Shown: one piece after another, positions 12,361-26,748 of the stretch | Layout of the letters: the number at the start of each line of letters is the position of its first letter | How positions within the stretch are numbered: the stretch's first letter is position 1 | NCBI GenBank assembly: GCA_028534125.1 | Contig: CM052817.1 | Coordinates: 11,224,001 to 11,288,000 of the forward strand | Source of the DNA: Lama glama | Taxonomy: Eukaryota | Reading direction: 5' to 3' | DNA length: 64,000 bases | Position numbers and translations under genes: made by a program | Notes under the pieces: generated by a model | Databases searched by the model: none | Seen by the model: only the letters and a program-made list of their open reading frames with translations | Told to the model about the DNA's origin: nothing

Positions 12361-15300
12361 AGTCACTGTGCAGACCGTGAAAGAGAGTGTGCAGGATGTA
12401 ATTTCTGGGCCACCTTATCGACCACTGATACAGTTAAAGGCATCCTGGGCAGGAGTCCAGAAACAGGAGAGGATGGAAATGCTTAAAAAGGCTGATGATG
12501 CACTGGATGACTACAGCGGCCCCTAGCCACACACGGCACTTGTCTATTTCCACACTTAACTCATAGATGCCTGAGACCCAGGGAGGAGGGCAGGAAAGGC
12601 ACCACTGTCCCCATGTTCCAGATGGAGATCTAAGATCAGAGAAGTCCAGTGACTTGTCTCAGGTCACACAGCCACTGGAGAGCAGCACAGGACCAGACCC
12701 CGGGTTGTCCCACTCCCATCCGTGTCATTTCTTGTGACTGCACCGGCACTCGGCTGTGCTGTGTTGGCACAATCGCCAGCTGCCAATGTCAGGGCCTAAC
12801 TGGGTGAGTTAAAATCAGGTTGTACAAACATGCTGCTGAGAAAGATCTGCAAAACAGACACTCAAAGTCAACTTGAGAGATGAAGGCTGCTTCCCAAATC
12901 AACAGGGAGTGAACTCCATTATCCTCTCTGTTTCTGTTCACTTGTTTCCAGCCCCACAGAGCATCCTTCTCAGAAAAGGACATGCGCTCTCTCCTAGCCC
13001 GCAAGTAACTGAAGGACCCTAGTGTTCTTCTAAATCATCCTCTGGCTGAGGCTAATTTTGGAAGGTGTTCCTCATCTAACCTTTTCACTATCAGGCTCTA
13101 ATGGTACACTCGGTTCCATGCATTCAGCCGTTATGTCAGGTATCAGTTTATGCCCAAGGAGGTGCGCACAGCTGCCATATGCAGGTGCTCCAGGTGCTGG
13201 AAGGATAAAGATTAATAAGATACAGTACTTGATTTCAACAAACTAATGGTTCAGCGGTGGGGACCAAGAGATCATCTACATGGAAAAAATATTCCTCCTT
13301 CACCCCCTACCTTGTGTACGTGGTGTTTTAGGCCAAAGTACATCATTTAAAAGGAGCTAGGGTGCCATCTAAATATTGCACAAATGGACTGAACTGTGGA
13401 AACGAACAGCTGGCTGAAAGAGGACTGTCAAGTCCGCCAATACTCATTTCTCTGAATTCCAAGTGGAGCTGACTCTCCAGTGGCCCCTTTTCTGGTTACC
13501 TGCTTGGGGTCCCAGGGAGCTCCTCCCTGCGCCAACCCTGAGCCACTCTGGGTGTATCCTGAGTCAATCGTCCCTAATTCACCCTCTTGCATCTCCCTCC
13601 AGGCATTTGCTCAGGTTCTGCCCAGGGCTGTGTCTCCAGTGCTAAAGTGTGCCCAGAAGAACAAGTCGTTCTGTCTCTCCCCCAACCATCCACTGCAAGA
13701 GCCTCCTCCCAACTCCTCCCCAACAAATGGCTGGTTATTTTAAACCCGTGTTCTCATTAGGTCTTCATCTTTCATCTTCTAGGCAGTGAACATCTTCTGG
13801 ACTGTTTCCATTTTAAAGGAACACCCATGCCCAGGAGATCTCCTCGAAGGAAATATTGAAAGTCATTCTCAGGTTCACTTGACAGTCTTTGAAAAGTAGC
13901 ATCATGTACATCTTAAAATAGAACACGTAATGCAATGGGGTTTTCTGCGATGATTACAGGGGACTGTAACGGACACTATAAAGTCACCTTACATTTATAG
14001 ACTCCTTAACAGTTTTGGAAAGTGTCTTTGTGTGCTTTCTTCCATTCATTACCACAGGCCTCTGGGGTGTGGAGGGCGGGGGTTATCACAGACACTTTAC
14101 TAACCAGAAGCCGTATAGAATCGTGCTTTGGGCCTTGGTGCTGCTCTTTGGGCCTCAGTTTCCCTAACTGTAAAACAAGGATAATAATACTTGCCTCACA
14201 GGGTTATTCTCTGACTGTGCAAAGCACTACGTTCTTGGTCCAGAGTCTGTGTCTGCCACTAGGAGTAATGAGAGCACTGAGCTCAGAGAGGTTTTTGGAG
14301 TTGTCTGGGGTCTCCAAGCAGGTCTGGGGTAAAGTTGGGGTGGAATCCATGTCCTAACCCTGAGACCAGAGCTGTCACACTGCCCTGCGCCTTCATCCTG
14401 GGCTCCAGCAGGTCTCAGTCTGATTCTTAGCCAGGAATTTCTCCATGGAGTGGGTCTCCGGGCAACCTGCCCGGTTCCATGTCAGATGGAAGCAGACCCC
14501 TCAACTCGGATCAGAGGGTACATCACAGTTGTTTAAGGGCTTAGTGATCATCTGCCTGCCGACGCCCTGGGCTTCACCTGACCCTCCAGGTGCGATGTGG
14601 GGGGACAGCTGCCCAGCAAACCACGCAGGGCCTCCCTGAGTGTGCAGGGGGCACTTCTCAGGCCCGGGAGACCGCCGGAGCCGTGCCTCCACTCCCTCCC
14701 CACCGGGCCCAGGGATTCCACCTGGGACCTTTCACAATGCTCACTGCCCCCCACCCCCACCCCATCCGCCCCTTCCGATGAAGTCACGTCCAGCCCAGTA
14801 CCCAGGCAGAGGGCACTCCTGGGTGCAAGCTACCTGCACCTCCCTGGGCACAGGCCTTGCTGTCCCACACTGACTGCACAAGCCTCTTCCTGCCATTAGT
14901 GTAGCACTGATCACACTGGGTTATTAAGTCAGTAAATATTTATTTCCCCCCTTTGAAACAGAGCTCCCCAAGGACCAGGACTGGGCCTCGTGCACCCCGG
15001 CTCCCAGCCCCATGCCCTGCATAGTGACAGCACTCGTAAACACTTGTGGAGGCAAAATGACTTGAATAATAATGACCACAAATGACTCTCCTTTTTCTTT
15101 TGGAGACCATGCAGGCAGGGGATCTAGGGAAACTTCACGCCTTCTCTGCCCCCCACTTCACTGGGACCCGGGCACCAGAATCTTCCAGAAAAAAAGTTTC
15201 CTTTAGAATTACCAAGGCTGAATGGTTTTCTGGAAACCAATGACTAAAACTGGGACTCTGGAAGAATCAAGGAGACGAGACACGAGAGACCAGGACAAAA

Positions 15301-15762
15301 GGCTCAGCGAAGCCCCAGCTGTCTCTGGCGGGGACGGAGCCCCGCCCAGGTCTGGCAACCCTCCCTTCGCACGCACTGGGAGTGGGGTGAAAAGTTGGCC
15401 TTATTATTTATACCTCTCTTGACTCACTACAGTGCTTTGGCAGAACAGCTAAGAGCCTAAAATAAAACTCCTGAGTCTCCAACTAACTTAAATTGTACAG
15501 CCCCAGTCGAACAAGAACATCTTTGGGGAAGTAGGTGTTTTGCACCGTTTGCTGGCGTCCCTGTCCCCCCACCCCTGCACCCCCATCAGCCACAGACCGG
15601 TCCCGCGCTGCCAGCCTTCCTCTGCGTTACCTCCACCCTTGTGGTGTCCTGTGTGGTCGCAGGGATGCCCGCGTGCAGGTGCTGCCTGGGCATTCAAACA
15701 CCAACTCCGCAGGAAAACTTTCTGTTTCTGACATCATGCAATGAATGTTAACTGAGCGCCTT

Positions 15763-16203
15763 TGTTTTGGGTTAAACTGTGCCCCCAAGAAGAGACGGTG
15801 AAGTCCCCCCAGGACCTATGAATGTGATCTTCTTTGGAAATTGGGCTTTTGCAGATGTAATTACTTAAGATGAGGTCACACTGGATTAGAGTGAGTCCTA
15901 AATCCAATGAGTGTTGTGTCCCTATAAGAAGGCCGTGTGGAGACCCAGAGGCGCACTGTGGGGGAGGCCAGGCGGTGACACAGGCAGGCTGGAGTGATAC
16001 GGTGACAAGTCAGGGGACGCTGAGGATGACCACCAACCCCCAGAAGCTGGAGAGAGGGTGGAGCCACCAGGAGGAGCCCACCCTGCTTCGGATGATGCTT
16101 TGATTTTGGACTTCCAGCCTCCAAAACTGTGAGACAATACATTTCTGTGCTTTAAGCCCCAAGGGTGTGGTGCTTCACTGTGGTACCCTTGGAAAATAAC
16201 ACA
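15763..16203 (+). mobile_element. MaLR solo LTR (MLT1B/C-like)
   Basis: gaatgtgatcttctttggaaattgggcttttgcagatgtaatt...aagatgaggtcacactggattagagtgagtcctaaatccaatga...ggacttccagcctccaaaactgtgagacaatacatttctgt. TSD gcctt/gcctg. Confidence 0.87.
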
Positions 16204-16661
16204 GCCTGGCACAAGCCTGACAAACAGGAACTAGTTTCTGCCCTGGAGCCGCGCCCTGAAAGGGCGGCATCACTAGGGAGGGCCCGCGGGAGAGTCACCG
16301 GTGTCGCGGATGCGATGTGGATGTGGAGGGAGGCGGCAACGGGGCGTTATTATTACTGTTATGCGTCGTGCTGGGCAGAACCAAAGACCCCCCACCCCAG
16401 TCCGGTGCCTCTTTATCTGCCAGCTGGGCTGCTCTCACAGAGGGAGAGAAGATTCATCTGACAAGCCTTGTTCTTTTCCAAGCCACGCAAATAATGACTC
16501 AGAACTCTATTTTATTCGTGGTTTTTGCTGATTGATTTGGTAATGATTTTTTTTTTCAGGCATTTTGGCAGCTCTTGGGGGCGAAATGAAAGAGCTCATT
16601 AATGCCAGCATGTGTCCCTGCGGACACCAAAGTGCTGAAAAGGAGAAGAAAAATAGCCTTA

Positions 16662-16796
<135 letters not shown>

Positions 16797-18580
16797 CTAA
16801 AACAAGAATAAAGACGCTCAGCAATGAAACAAAGTCCTCTCTCCCGGTTGTGGTCATTAATCTGGGAACCCTTTCCCCTAAATCAATCAGTTCTGGGGAC
16901 AGTGCCCCACTAGACAAATTCCAGACGTGCTTCTACAGAGGCCATTTCTAAGTGGCTAGCTGCTTAGTCTTTCCAGAAGAAAATGAGCCTGTCAGGTTTA
17001 CAATATTCCATGCTTTATTCTCTTTAAATCATTCACGTCCATATATCTAGACAAGAGCTGCAGCATGGGTTCCATTGGCTTTCATAACATTCCTGGAAGG
17101 CCACCCTATTTCTTTTTTACATAGCCGGTAAAGAAGAAAAATAATATTTAAGAATTACACATGCAATATGAGAGAAGAGTGGCTAAAGGTGCTATTAAAT
17201 TGTAAAGCCTTAATGATGATGATGATGATTAACCGACCAATTGTAGCCTGTCAGTTACACAGGCCGGCTTCCCTGCTCCAGACCTGGAGAAGGACAAGAC
17301 CCATAACCATAAAGGAAACACGGACGTTACTGAAATTAATGCCCCTGGGGCACCATGCTTGGTATGAGGGGGCAAGGGGAAGGGAGGGAGTGAGAGCAAG
17401 ATAATGGTAAGATAATAAAATGTGGTTCCTGCCTCCAGGGAGTTGTCATTTACGGAGGAGACAGATGGATGCTGACACTTACAGTAACATTCAGTAGACA
17501 GACATACAACATAATAAAAGTACCATTAATGGCACAGACCTAAGCATTTCACAGTGTGAAGTCTTTTAATCCTCTTAACAACTACCGTGAGGTTGGTACT
17601 ACTGCAGAGAATTTACAGCAATAAACTCTGGCCAGGGACGTCCAGGGCAGTGTTAAGGGCACTGAAGGATGAACAAGAGTCTGCTGGTGGCAAGTTCCTC
17701 TCCCCAGTAACACTGCCCACAGCTCTTTTAAACTTTGACCTTGGTCTCTGGGCAGTCTGGGCAGATAGGCCCAAGAAGCAAACCCCTCGGTTCAGCTGGT
17801 CTACACCCATTCGCGACCCTGCTCTTGTCTGCCTCCACCGAGGAGGCCTGATGGCTAAGTCCTTGCTTTCCCAGGCTGGCCACGCGGCACAAATATTACC
17901 AGTGGGAGCAGGCGTCAGCTGGGGGCCTCTTCAGATGCTTTTGTTTTCCTGATGAAGTGGGCAGGCCTGGCCATCACTGCCTCCCCCCATTTCCTGCTTT
18001 ACATTTGGACATGACAACTGGAGCCGTGACAGCCTTTGTCACAGCCTGGGGGAATCTGAGCTGACTTCCCCCAGGCACAGTGCCAGGGGCCTATGACATT
18101 TTTAGGGACCGTGAAAATGTTTTCATTCCTCCCAAAATCAGAATAAAAAAAAAGCAGCCTGGCTATATTCATCTTTATGCCAGTGCAGTCATAAAATATA
18201 ATTAAAAAAGACTTTTCGATAAAGGAAAAAGAGCCAGGAAACCGATAACATGTGGTGGGGGTTGGGGTGGGGAGAAGGCGGAACCAAGAAGGCTGCAGGT
18301 TTTCCAGGCCTGATATCATTTAGCCACAGAACTGACGCCAGCAGCCTCTGCTTCCCTCTTTCATGTTCGACATGAAGCGCCTCTGTTTAGCCTCTACAAA
18401 TCAGGTTCTCTGTTACCTACAGCTGAATTTATACCCCCAAGACAGCCGTCTTGCCAGGCCGAAGTCTTTTTCTTTCAGGATGCTGAACAGGAGATCAGGG
18501 CAGTTTCCCAACCTTCCCAGCATCTCAGTTAATCAGAAACTTCCAGGGCCCAGAACCATCACTCCTGAGCACGGCGTTCA

Positions 18581-18802
<222 letters not shown>

Positions 18803-19084
18803 TCATCAACTACTATAGGAAAGCATACATTAGAAACACATGAGAAAGTGCAAATGAAACAGGTGCTACATTCACAGCACAAAGCTGAATATATACTGGG
18901 GGTGGGGGGCAGGGTAGACTCCGGCTTTAAGTTTCGTAGCGTCAAATAAGAAAAGGGAATGAATGCTCACTGCTGACACAATTCTCAGTGTTCCATAACT
19001 CAAAAGGCCAACTACTTTCTCAGATGCAGGGAAATGTCAAAAGCAGGAGGAAATTTCTCCTTGGGTCTTCTCAACAGCATCCTT

Positions 19085-19740
19085 ACTTTAGTCAATGTGA
19101 ATGGAATAAATGACAAACTAAAAGGCCAGAGGGAAGAACTAAGGGAGATGCGTGGGGTGAGGGAGGAGGAGCAGGCAGGAGTCCGACGCGTGCAGCCTCG
19201 TAAACCACGTTAGTGAGCTTGAAGTCCCCTGTGAAGATGACAGGGGGCCTCTGGAGAGTTTGAAGCCAATGTGAGTTTTCAGACGATCCCCCTGGAATGG
19301 AGATTGGATTAGATGAAATGACGAGACAGGAGGCAGGGAGAACAACTGGGGGATGATCACACAGTCCACCAAGAAACGGCAGGTGACCGAGTGAGCGTGG
19401 AACCACTGAGGACAGAGAGAAGTGGCGGTATTCCAGGGCCACTGAAGAAGGATGGCTGACCCCTGAACAATGCAGGTTGGAGCTGTGCACATCCACTGAC
19501 ACGTGGATATTTTTCAATAGTAAACACAACAGTCCTACACAGTCCATGGTTGGTTGAACCCATGGATGTGGAGGAACTGCAGATACAGAGAGACAAAGAT
19601 AAATTATAACTTGGGTTAATTCCCACGTTGTTCAAGGGTCAACTGTAGAATGAGTGGACTTTATAGCCGACTGAATGTGAGGGATGAGAGAGAAGTCATG
19701 GATGTCTGGGCTTCTGACTTGAGCATCTAAAGAGGTGCTG
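19085..19740 (+). mobile_element. L2 LINE fragment interrupted by a Tigger MITE
   Basis: gtaaaccacgttagtgagcttgaag...ggggcctctggagagtttgaagc..., resuming with gactgaatgtgagggatgagagag...tctgacttgagcatct. Confidence 0.6.
19453..19645. mobile_element. Tigger2/MER8-like non-autonomous TcMar DNA transposon
   Basis: TIRs: left tggctgacccctgaacaa, right gttgttcaagggtcaactg followed by TA. Internal ggttggttgaacccatggatgtggaggaactgcagatacagag. Confidence 0.85.
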
Positions 19741-21059
19741 CTGCTGATCATCTGGATGACACCTTTACACTTTCCACAGGACCAACCCCAGGCCAGGCCA
19801 GTGGCCCTGGGGTGGCCCTTAGCATAGTCCCTGGGGTAGGTCATTTAAAGAAGAAAAAAGGATGTGATTAGACTGTAAGGGTCACATGATGTGGACACAG
19901 CACTTCAGTCAGTCTGTGATCTCTTTTTGCAGGGCTGGTTGTTTTGCAGGGTTCATTTCCTAAAGACAATATATAAATCACCCTCCTGTCCAAAACAGGC
20001 TGAGATAACTTAAACAACCATCAGAAATAAGGGCTTTCCCTCAGCAAAAATTCCAAATTTTTTTTTACTTCATTATTTGGCTCCTCATTCACAAAAGCTT
20101 TCACTGAACAAAAGTTCTGTTTAACGTGCTTACTGGTGCAGGGACTTGCTAACTCTGCCAAGGCATGTTCAGCGTAACAGCACGATCAGATCCCCTGTGA
20201 GGGAGACGCTTAGCACAAAGCAGTGGCTACTTCTAATTTCACGCAGCCCAGTTTCCTAGGGTCCCTATAATCCATCACAGCTTCAGCTGTTGCCTTGACA
20301 AATGGACCTAAAGGGAAAAAAAATTCCCCACAGATGGAAATACATGATTTCAGCAGTGATCTTTGGCATCAGTGAGCTACATTTTAGGTGCAGAATCATG
20401 TGGTTTGCTGTCAGGAAACACAGTTCTGGGTCACCTGGAGAACACAGATTAAAAGGAACCACGTCCACCTCCAGCTCATTCCAAAGTGACCTTGAGGATT
20501 TCAACAGGAAGCTTTCACATTCTCTTCCTAAATCAGGTGAAGAGAAAAGACAACTACAGAGACAAGAACATCAGGGAAAGAAGGAGACTGATGATTTCGC
20601 ATACATACGTTGCTGCCTCCCATACGGGGAATGGGGCTTCTGGGGCCAGTCATTCACAGGATTCACAGAGAACTTTCATAAGCTCTGTTCTCACCCAGCT
20701 GTGACAGTATCCAGGGAAAAGGGCTTTACTGCGTCCACCTCACATGGAGCAAATCCAATGGTCGGTAAGAGGCAAAAGCAGGACTCCCATCCTTTTTCTG
20801 CTTTCTTATCTAGACTGTCCACAGTTACTGGCAATTTAAGAAAGAAAGGAGCCACGGTGATTGGGAACAACAAATGAGCAACCTCAGAAAATTACCAAGC
20901 AGAGACTTCAGCTGGCATTTTAAAGGAAAACATGTTAACTTTTTTTAAGAAGAAAAATGACTATTTGGTCATTTATAAAATTACTATTTATAGTAAAGTT
21001 CATAGTGCAAGTGTAAAGAGTAAGCCATACAAAGCCACACATTTCACTCAGGGTCAACC

Positions 21060-23060
21060 ATTAGCAATCACACTAACACCCAAACTAACCAATACATGGG
21101 GCACTAGACCCCAGGAAGGGCCACGTTTCAGCGGCAGGGCTTAACTGGCATCATTTTTAATTTTTAATTTATTTTTTATTGAAGTATAGTTAAACTGGCA
21201 TCTTAAAGTTTAAAAATAAGTCTGTGAAATGGTAAATTTTATGTTGTGTGTATTTAATCACAACAAAAAAAAAAAGTCTGGAAAAGCTGAAGCTGATAAC
21301 GAGTAATTTAACTGCTTGCCAAAGCAAAATTCAGTACTCATTAAAAAACAGCAAAATCCAGACTTTCAAGAAGTTAATACTCTTCATGTCCAGAATTCAA
21401 TCAAAAAATTACTAAATAAGCAAAGAAACAGGAAAAGGCAATTCATAACCAAGAGAAAAATCATTCAATAGAAAAAGACCCCAAAGTGACAGATAAGAAT
21501 GTTGAGAGAAATTTTAAATATGCTCAAGAATTTAAAGAAAAACAGGGACATAAAGAAGAGAAAAAGGGAAACCCTAAATAAATTCCATTTTATTATTCAA
21601 GCTGAAAAATATAATATCCGAAATGAAAAATATAATACCTGAAATGAAAAAAAAGTACCAAATGGATTTTTAAAAAGATTGGATGAGACAGAAAAGGAGG
21701 TGAGTAAATTTGAAAATACAGCAATAGAAACTGTCCAACCCAGATATCATGACCATAAAAACACTAGAATGTCTATATTTTTATCAAAGTGGACTTTAGG
21801 ACAAGGAATATTTCATAGGAGAAGGAGACTTAAAATAAATGAACATAGCCTCTGTAACTTGCAGGACAACATCAGAAGGGGGAGGCAGAAGAGATAATGA
21901 CCTTAAATTTTTCAAGCTGCATGAAAACTATATCCACAGATCCAAGATGTCCAAAGAACACCAAGCAGAAAAACAAAGAAAATCACTCCATGGCATATAA
22001 TAATCAACTTGTGGAAGCCAGTGATTAAAGAGAAAATCTTAAAAGCAGTCAGAAAACAAAAAGCCACACTATGCACAAGGGAGAAAAGGTAAGAACGACT
22101 ATCAATTTGTTGTTTGAAGAAAATACAAACCAAAAAAAAAAAATTGTTGAACAGCATCTTTAAAGTGCAGAAAGAAAAATAAGTGTTAACCTAGAATTCT
22201 GTATCCGGCAAAATAATCTTCAATAATGAAGGCAAAATAAAGACGTTTTCAGACATAAAAACTGAGAGAATTTGCCGTGAGCCGACCTACACTACAAGGA
22301 ACATTAACGGAAGTTCTTCAGGCCAAAAGAAAATGATACCAGATGGGTGCTTGACTCTACCAAAGAAACAAAGAGGGTAGAAATGGTAAGTGGGAAAATA
22401 TAAAAGACTTCAGTTTCTCATTTAAAATTTTTCTCTAAAAGATAACTGATTTTCAAGGAAATAGAAAAGCAATGTACTATAGACTTTACAACATGTGTAA
22501 AGTAAAACATATGACAGTAATTGCACAAAAGTTGGGAAGGGGTCATTAAAATGTGTTGCTGTAAGGTTTCTATAGTGAAGTAATTATACATGTGTATACA
22601 TATATATATGAAGTAATATTATTGGATGGCAGACAATGATAAAGATGCACGTTATAAATCCTGTAGCAACCAGTAGCACACCACCCCCTCCCCAAAAGAA
22701 GGACAGCTAAAAAGTCATTAGGGGAGATAAAAAAGAAAATACCAAAAAAAATTCAATTAATCAAAAATAAACAGAAAAAAGAGGCAAAAAGAAAGACAAA
22801 TAGAAAAAACAGCAAGCAATATGGTAGACTTAATGATAATTACATTAAATGTAAATGGTCTAACTGACCCTCAAAAGTCAGATGCTCAAACTGAATAAAA
22901 GAGGAAGACAGTGATACTACACAAGCACTTTGAATAGAAAGACACAGGTAGGTTAAAAGCAAAAGGATGGATTAAACTAGACAGCAACACTAACCAAAAA
23001 AATGACATAATGTCTGTATTTTTACTAAAGTAGACTTCAGGACAAGGAATATTTCATAAA
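21060..23060 (+). mobile_element. Old L1 (L1MC/MD-like): 5' region, ORF1 remnant and start of ORF2
   Basis: ORF1-like tatatccacagatccaagatgtccaaagaacaccaagcag...aacctagaattctgtatccggcaaaataatcttcaataatgaaggcaaaataaagac. ORF2 start aattacattaaatgtaaatggtctaac. Confidence 0.85.
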
Positions 23061-24148
23061 TGTCATGCTTGCCACCAAGAATCAGAAGCGATACAAACAA
23101 GAACCCTAAGCGAAACAGCAGTGTCTGGCACGGTTCAGTGGGCACTCAGTACACCCTTCCACGGTCTCCCTAGGAATCAATGTGGGAAAGTGCTAATCAC
23201 AGGGTGTGTCCTCTGCTCTGCCAAGATTAAGTGGTAATATCATCTAATCCCTTGGACAGGAAGGTAGATAGGCCTTTTGGGTCACCTCCAGCTCATTTCC
23301 TGCAATGTCTTCCTCAGATTAAGGTGGCATTCAGGATACACAAAGTACTTACACTCAAGGGCCCAAGAAACAGTGCACTCTTAACTCTAGATGGGAAACT
23401 GGTATCTATTTTTAGTCCATAAACACCAGGTTTGGGGCTTCTTTAAGGTTTTTCCCTTCCTCTAATCTACATGGCTTAATTTATATAATTTATATCCTCA
23501 GTTTGTAGAAATGATCGTAAGTTTTAAAAAGAGACAAAAAAGGTGGAAACAATTTATTAATTTATTTCTACATGATTCATTTCCCAAATGGATCCATGCT
23601 CCTTGATTAAAGCTGAAATGGAATTTCTACACTCAAAGTCAGGCTTGGCTGGCAGGTTACCAGGGCAACGTGTAGCTCCGGGAGAGCTATGCCCCTCCCA
23701 CTGACTGTGGCTCAGGACAGAAAGAGGGTTCAGCTGTGTGCGGACTAGATTTGTGCAAAAAAAGCCAGTCACTGCTCCTGGGGAGGAAAACGTTTCCCAC
23801 TCAGTGCAGGTATGGGAAACCACAGGCTCTGAGTCAGGCTGGCAGGTGTTAATACCAACTCCACCGCTCACTGCCTGTGAGTGGATGCATAAAAATCTCT
23901 GAGCCTCAGTTTTCTCATCTCTGAAATGGGACTGTGAACGCTCGTTTTGTAATATTGCTGGGAGGACTGAATGTGTTTGTAATAACACAGTGCTTTATGA
24001 AGTAGAGTGGGCACTAAATAATATTATCACACATGATGTCATCCAGTGCACATGGTAACTAGTCAGAGCCACCGTTTATCAAACTCCTCCTACATGGTGA
24101 GCACTGAACTAAAAGTTTATATATAAAACCATATTTAACTTACATAAC

Positions 24149-24799
24149 TGAGACAGGAGGGAAGGGGCAGGGCACAGCTATTACGGGAATGACTCAGCAA
24201 CTAGCACCAAGATGGTGGAAGTCAACTCCCAACAGACCTTGAGGCCCAAGACAGCAGGAGATTTGACTCCCAGTAGACCTTGAGCTTCATTATATGCTCA
24301 TTGTAACATATTAGCATGCCAAATGGCACTCCCACAGGCACCATGGCAGTTCCGAGGCTGTCATAAAAGGTCAAAAAGTGGGTGGTGGTTCAATTCCTGG
24401 GAAAGCCAGCCCCTTCCCCAACAGAGTTGGAGTAATCCTCCCACTTGTTCGCCTATGAAGCTACCAAGCCCATAAAAACTAGCAACCTCCGACACCTCAT
24501 GGTCACTCTCCCTTCTGAGAGAGATGGACCACACCCTGTCTATGGAGTGTGTATCTACTTTTACTTTAAACTAAACACTTACCCCCACACCTTGTGGCCT
24601 CTCTGGCCTTCTGAGACGGCCTATGCTCAGTCTATGGAGTGTGCATCTCTCTGAATAAATCTACCTTTACACAACTGTGGCTCACTCTTGATTTCTTTCC
24701 TGCACGAAGACAAGGACCCTCACTTGGTGGGGCGTGTCCCAGGGACTCATCTGAGACCTGTGACATAGCCATCCTCTCACGCCCCCTTTTCCTGTATCA
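24149..24799 (+). mobile_element. MER41-like ERV1 solo LTR (651 bp) inserted in a MIR
   Basis: TG...CA termini, 4-bp TSD taac (24145-24148, 24800-24803), AATAAA at ~24654. Segments cattatatgctcattgtaacatattagcatgc...cactcccacaggcaccatggcagtt and taatcctcccacttgtt resemble recalled MER41. Confidence 0.85.
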
Positions 24800-25640
24800 T
24801 AACAAGCCCTCGAGTATTTATCTTTATTTTCAACATCAGGTTTCAGAGAGGTTAAGTGACATGTCCGTGGTCACAAAGCCAGTGGAAGAGTCAGGACTTG
24901 GACCCAGGACTAGTCTGGGTCTTTCATGAGTTCATTTATTTTTCTAACATATATTTATTAAGTACCTACTACTCTTCACAACCACACACTGCATTCCTCT
25001 GTGATAGATTATTATCTTTTTGTGTATATCTTTTTGAGTGAAAACTCAAAGCTGTTAATGTAAGTTCTTGAATTAGAAAGAGGCCTTCTTGTAAGAATTA
25101 AAGCACCACCTATGCTCACAATAATACTGATTTATTTCACTCTTTTCCTAAAACATCCATATACCTGTGCTGTTTTCCTCAGCAAACAGGAGAGCTGAGG
25201 CTTTGCGTCTCTTCTCAGCAGAAAGCACCCCCTTTGGTGGGACGTCGGAACAGCACACAGAGGCTGAGAGCCTCCTCTCCCACCGCCCGCCCGCTGATTA
25301 ATTAATGACCTGCGGCTATGGTGTCTGTCCCGCCCCAGGCACTACCTTACGCTTTGTTTTTTCACACGGATCACCTGGCTTAATCCTCGCAGCTCCCCTG
25401 TGAGGTGCTAGTATCACCATCTGTTTCATAAATGAGGAGGCTGGGGCCCGCGCAGCCTCCCTGTGAGGAGCCCAGGTTCCGGAACTTGCTGTGGTCACAA
25501 AGCTAGAGGGTGGCAGGGCTGGGATTTGAATCCAGGCAGTCTGCCAGGCCTGAGGGTTTGCTTCATGTTATTTCCCTCTGTTTTTGCCAAGGAGAGGATT
25601 TGAATTCCCCTAAGTTAAGCGCTCATATGACACAATTCTA

Positions 25641-26060
<420 letters not shown>

Positions 26061-26608
26061 CTATAAAAAGAGAGAGGGCTCGTAAAATCGCCCGGGGTGG
26101 GGCGAGGAGCCAGGAGTCACCATTTCTCTTTTGTGTAACTTCTACGATGTTGATACACTAATTTTAAAGCATGTATCACAAGGTATAATGAAGTTTATAA
26201 AACTACATGTTTGATATTTGTAAGAGACTTCACTTTATCCACCATCAGAGAAGGGCTTTTTGGAAGAGTGTATCTATTGTCATCGGATCAGATGCTCCAG
26301 GACCATACTGTGGTGGCTTATGAAGAATGCTGTGTTTAGACTGGGGAACATAAAGCAGGAATCCTAAACAAGTTTCCAGTCTCCCAGGAGCCGACGATAA
26401 GGAATTGGGAGAATTCTGCTACATTCTGTCTCCTAGTTTCAAATGACTACAGTTGGCAGGCTGTTGGCTGGAACTTAACACCCACGCATCCACCCCTGAA
26501 ACTATAGGACCAGCCGCTTCCAAGTGGACCAGTCGTGGTTGGAGACTGGCCTCCTTCCAGCAGAGCCTCCTGTGGCTTCTCCACCCCCAGGGCTGCGTCA
26601 GACACTAC

Positions 26609-26748
26609 CTGTGCATATGTGCCTCCTTTTGTGCACGGACACTCCTTGGCAAAGTTCTGATCCTGCTGAGGATGAAGACTGCGGGCTTCCAAACCATTCT
26701 CCTTCCCTAGGGCTTCACTCTCTGAAACTTGCTCCGTCTTCATGTCAT
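26609..26748 (-). CDS. FAM184B: FAM184B coding exon 4 (140 nt, phase 1/0), DDMKTEQVSESEALGKENGLEARSLHPQQDQNFAKECPCTKGGTYAQ
   Basis: Acceptor gtgcttgcag|AT, donor CAG|gtagtg. 136+140 nt restores the frame. Lies within ORF 26447..26881(-). Confidence 0.93.

Noticed and set aside
20302..20877. 191-aa ATG-initiated plus-strand ORF
   Set aside because: No recognisable domain or codon bias, antisense and intronic. The length is plausible by chance in 64 kb over six frames. A BLASTP or PhyloCSF signal would overturn this.
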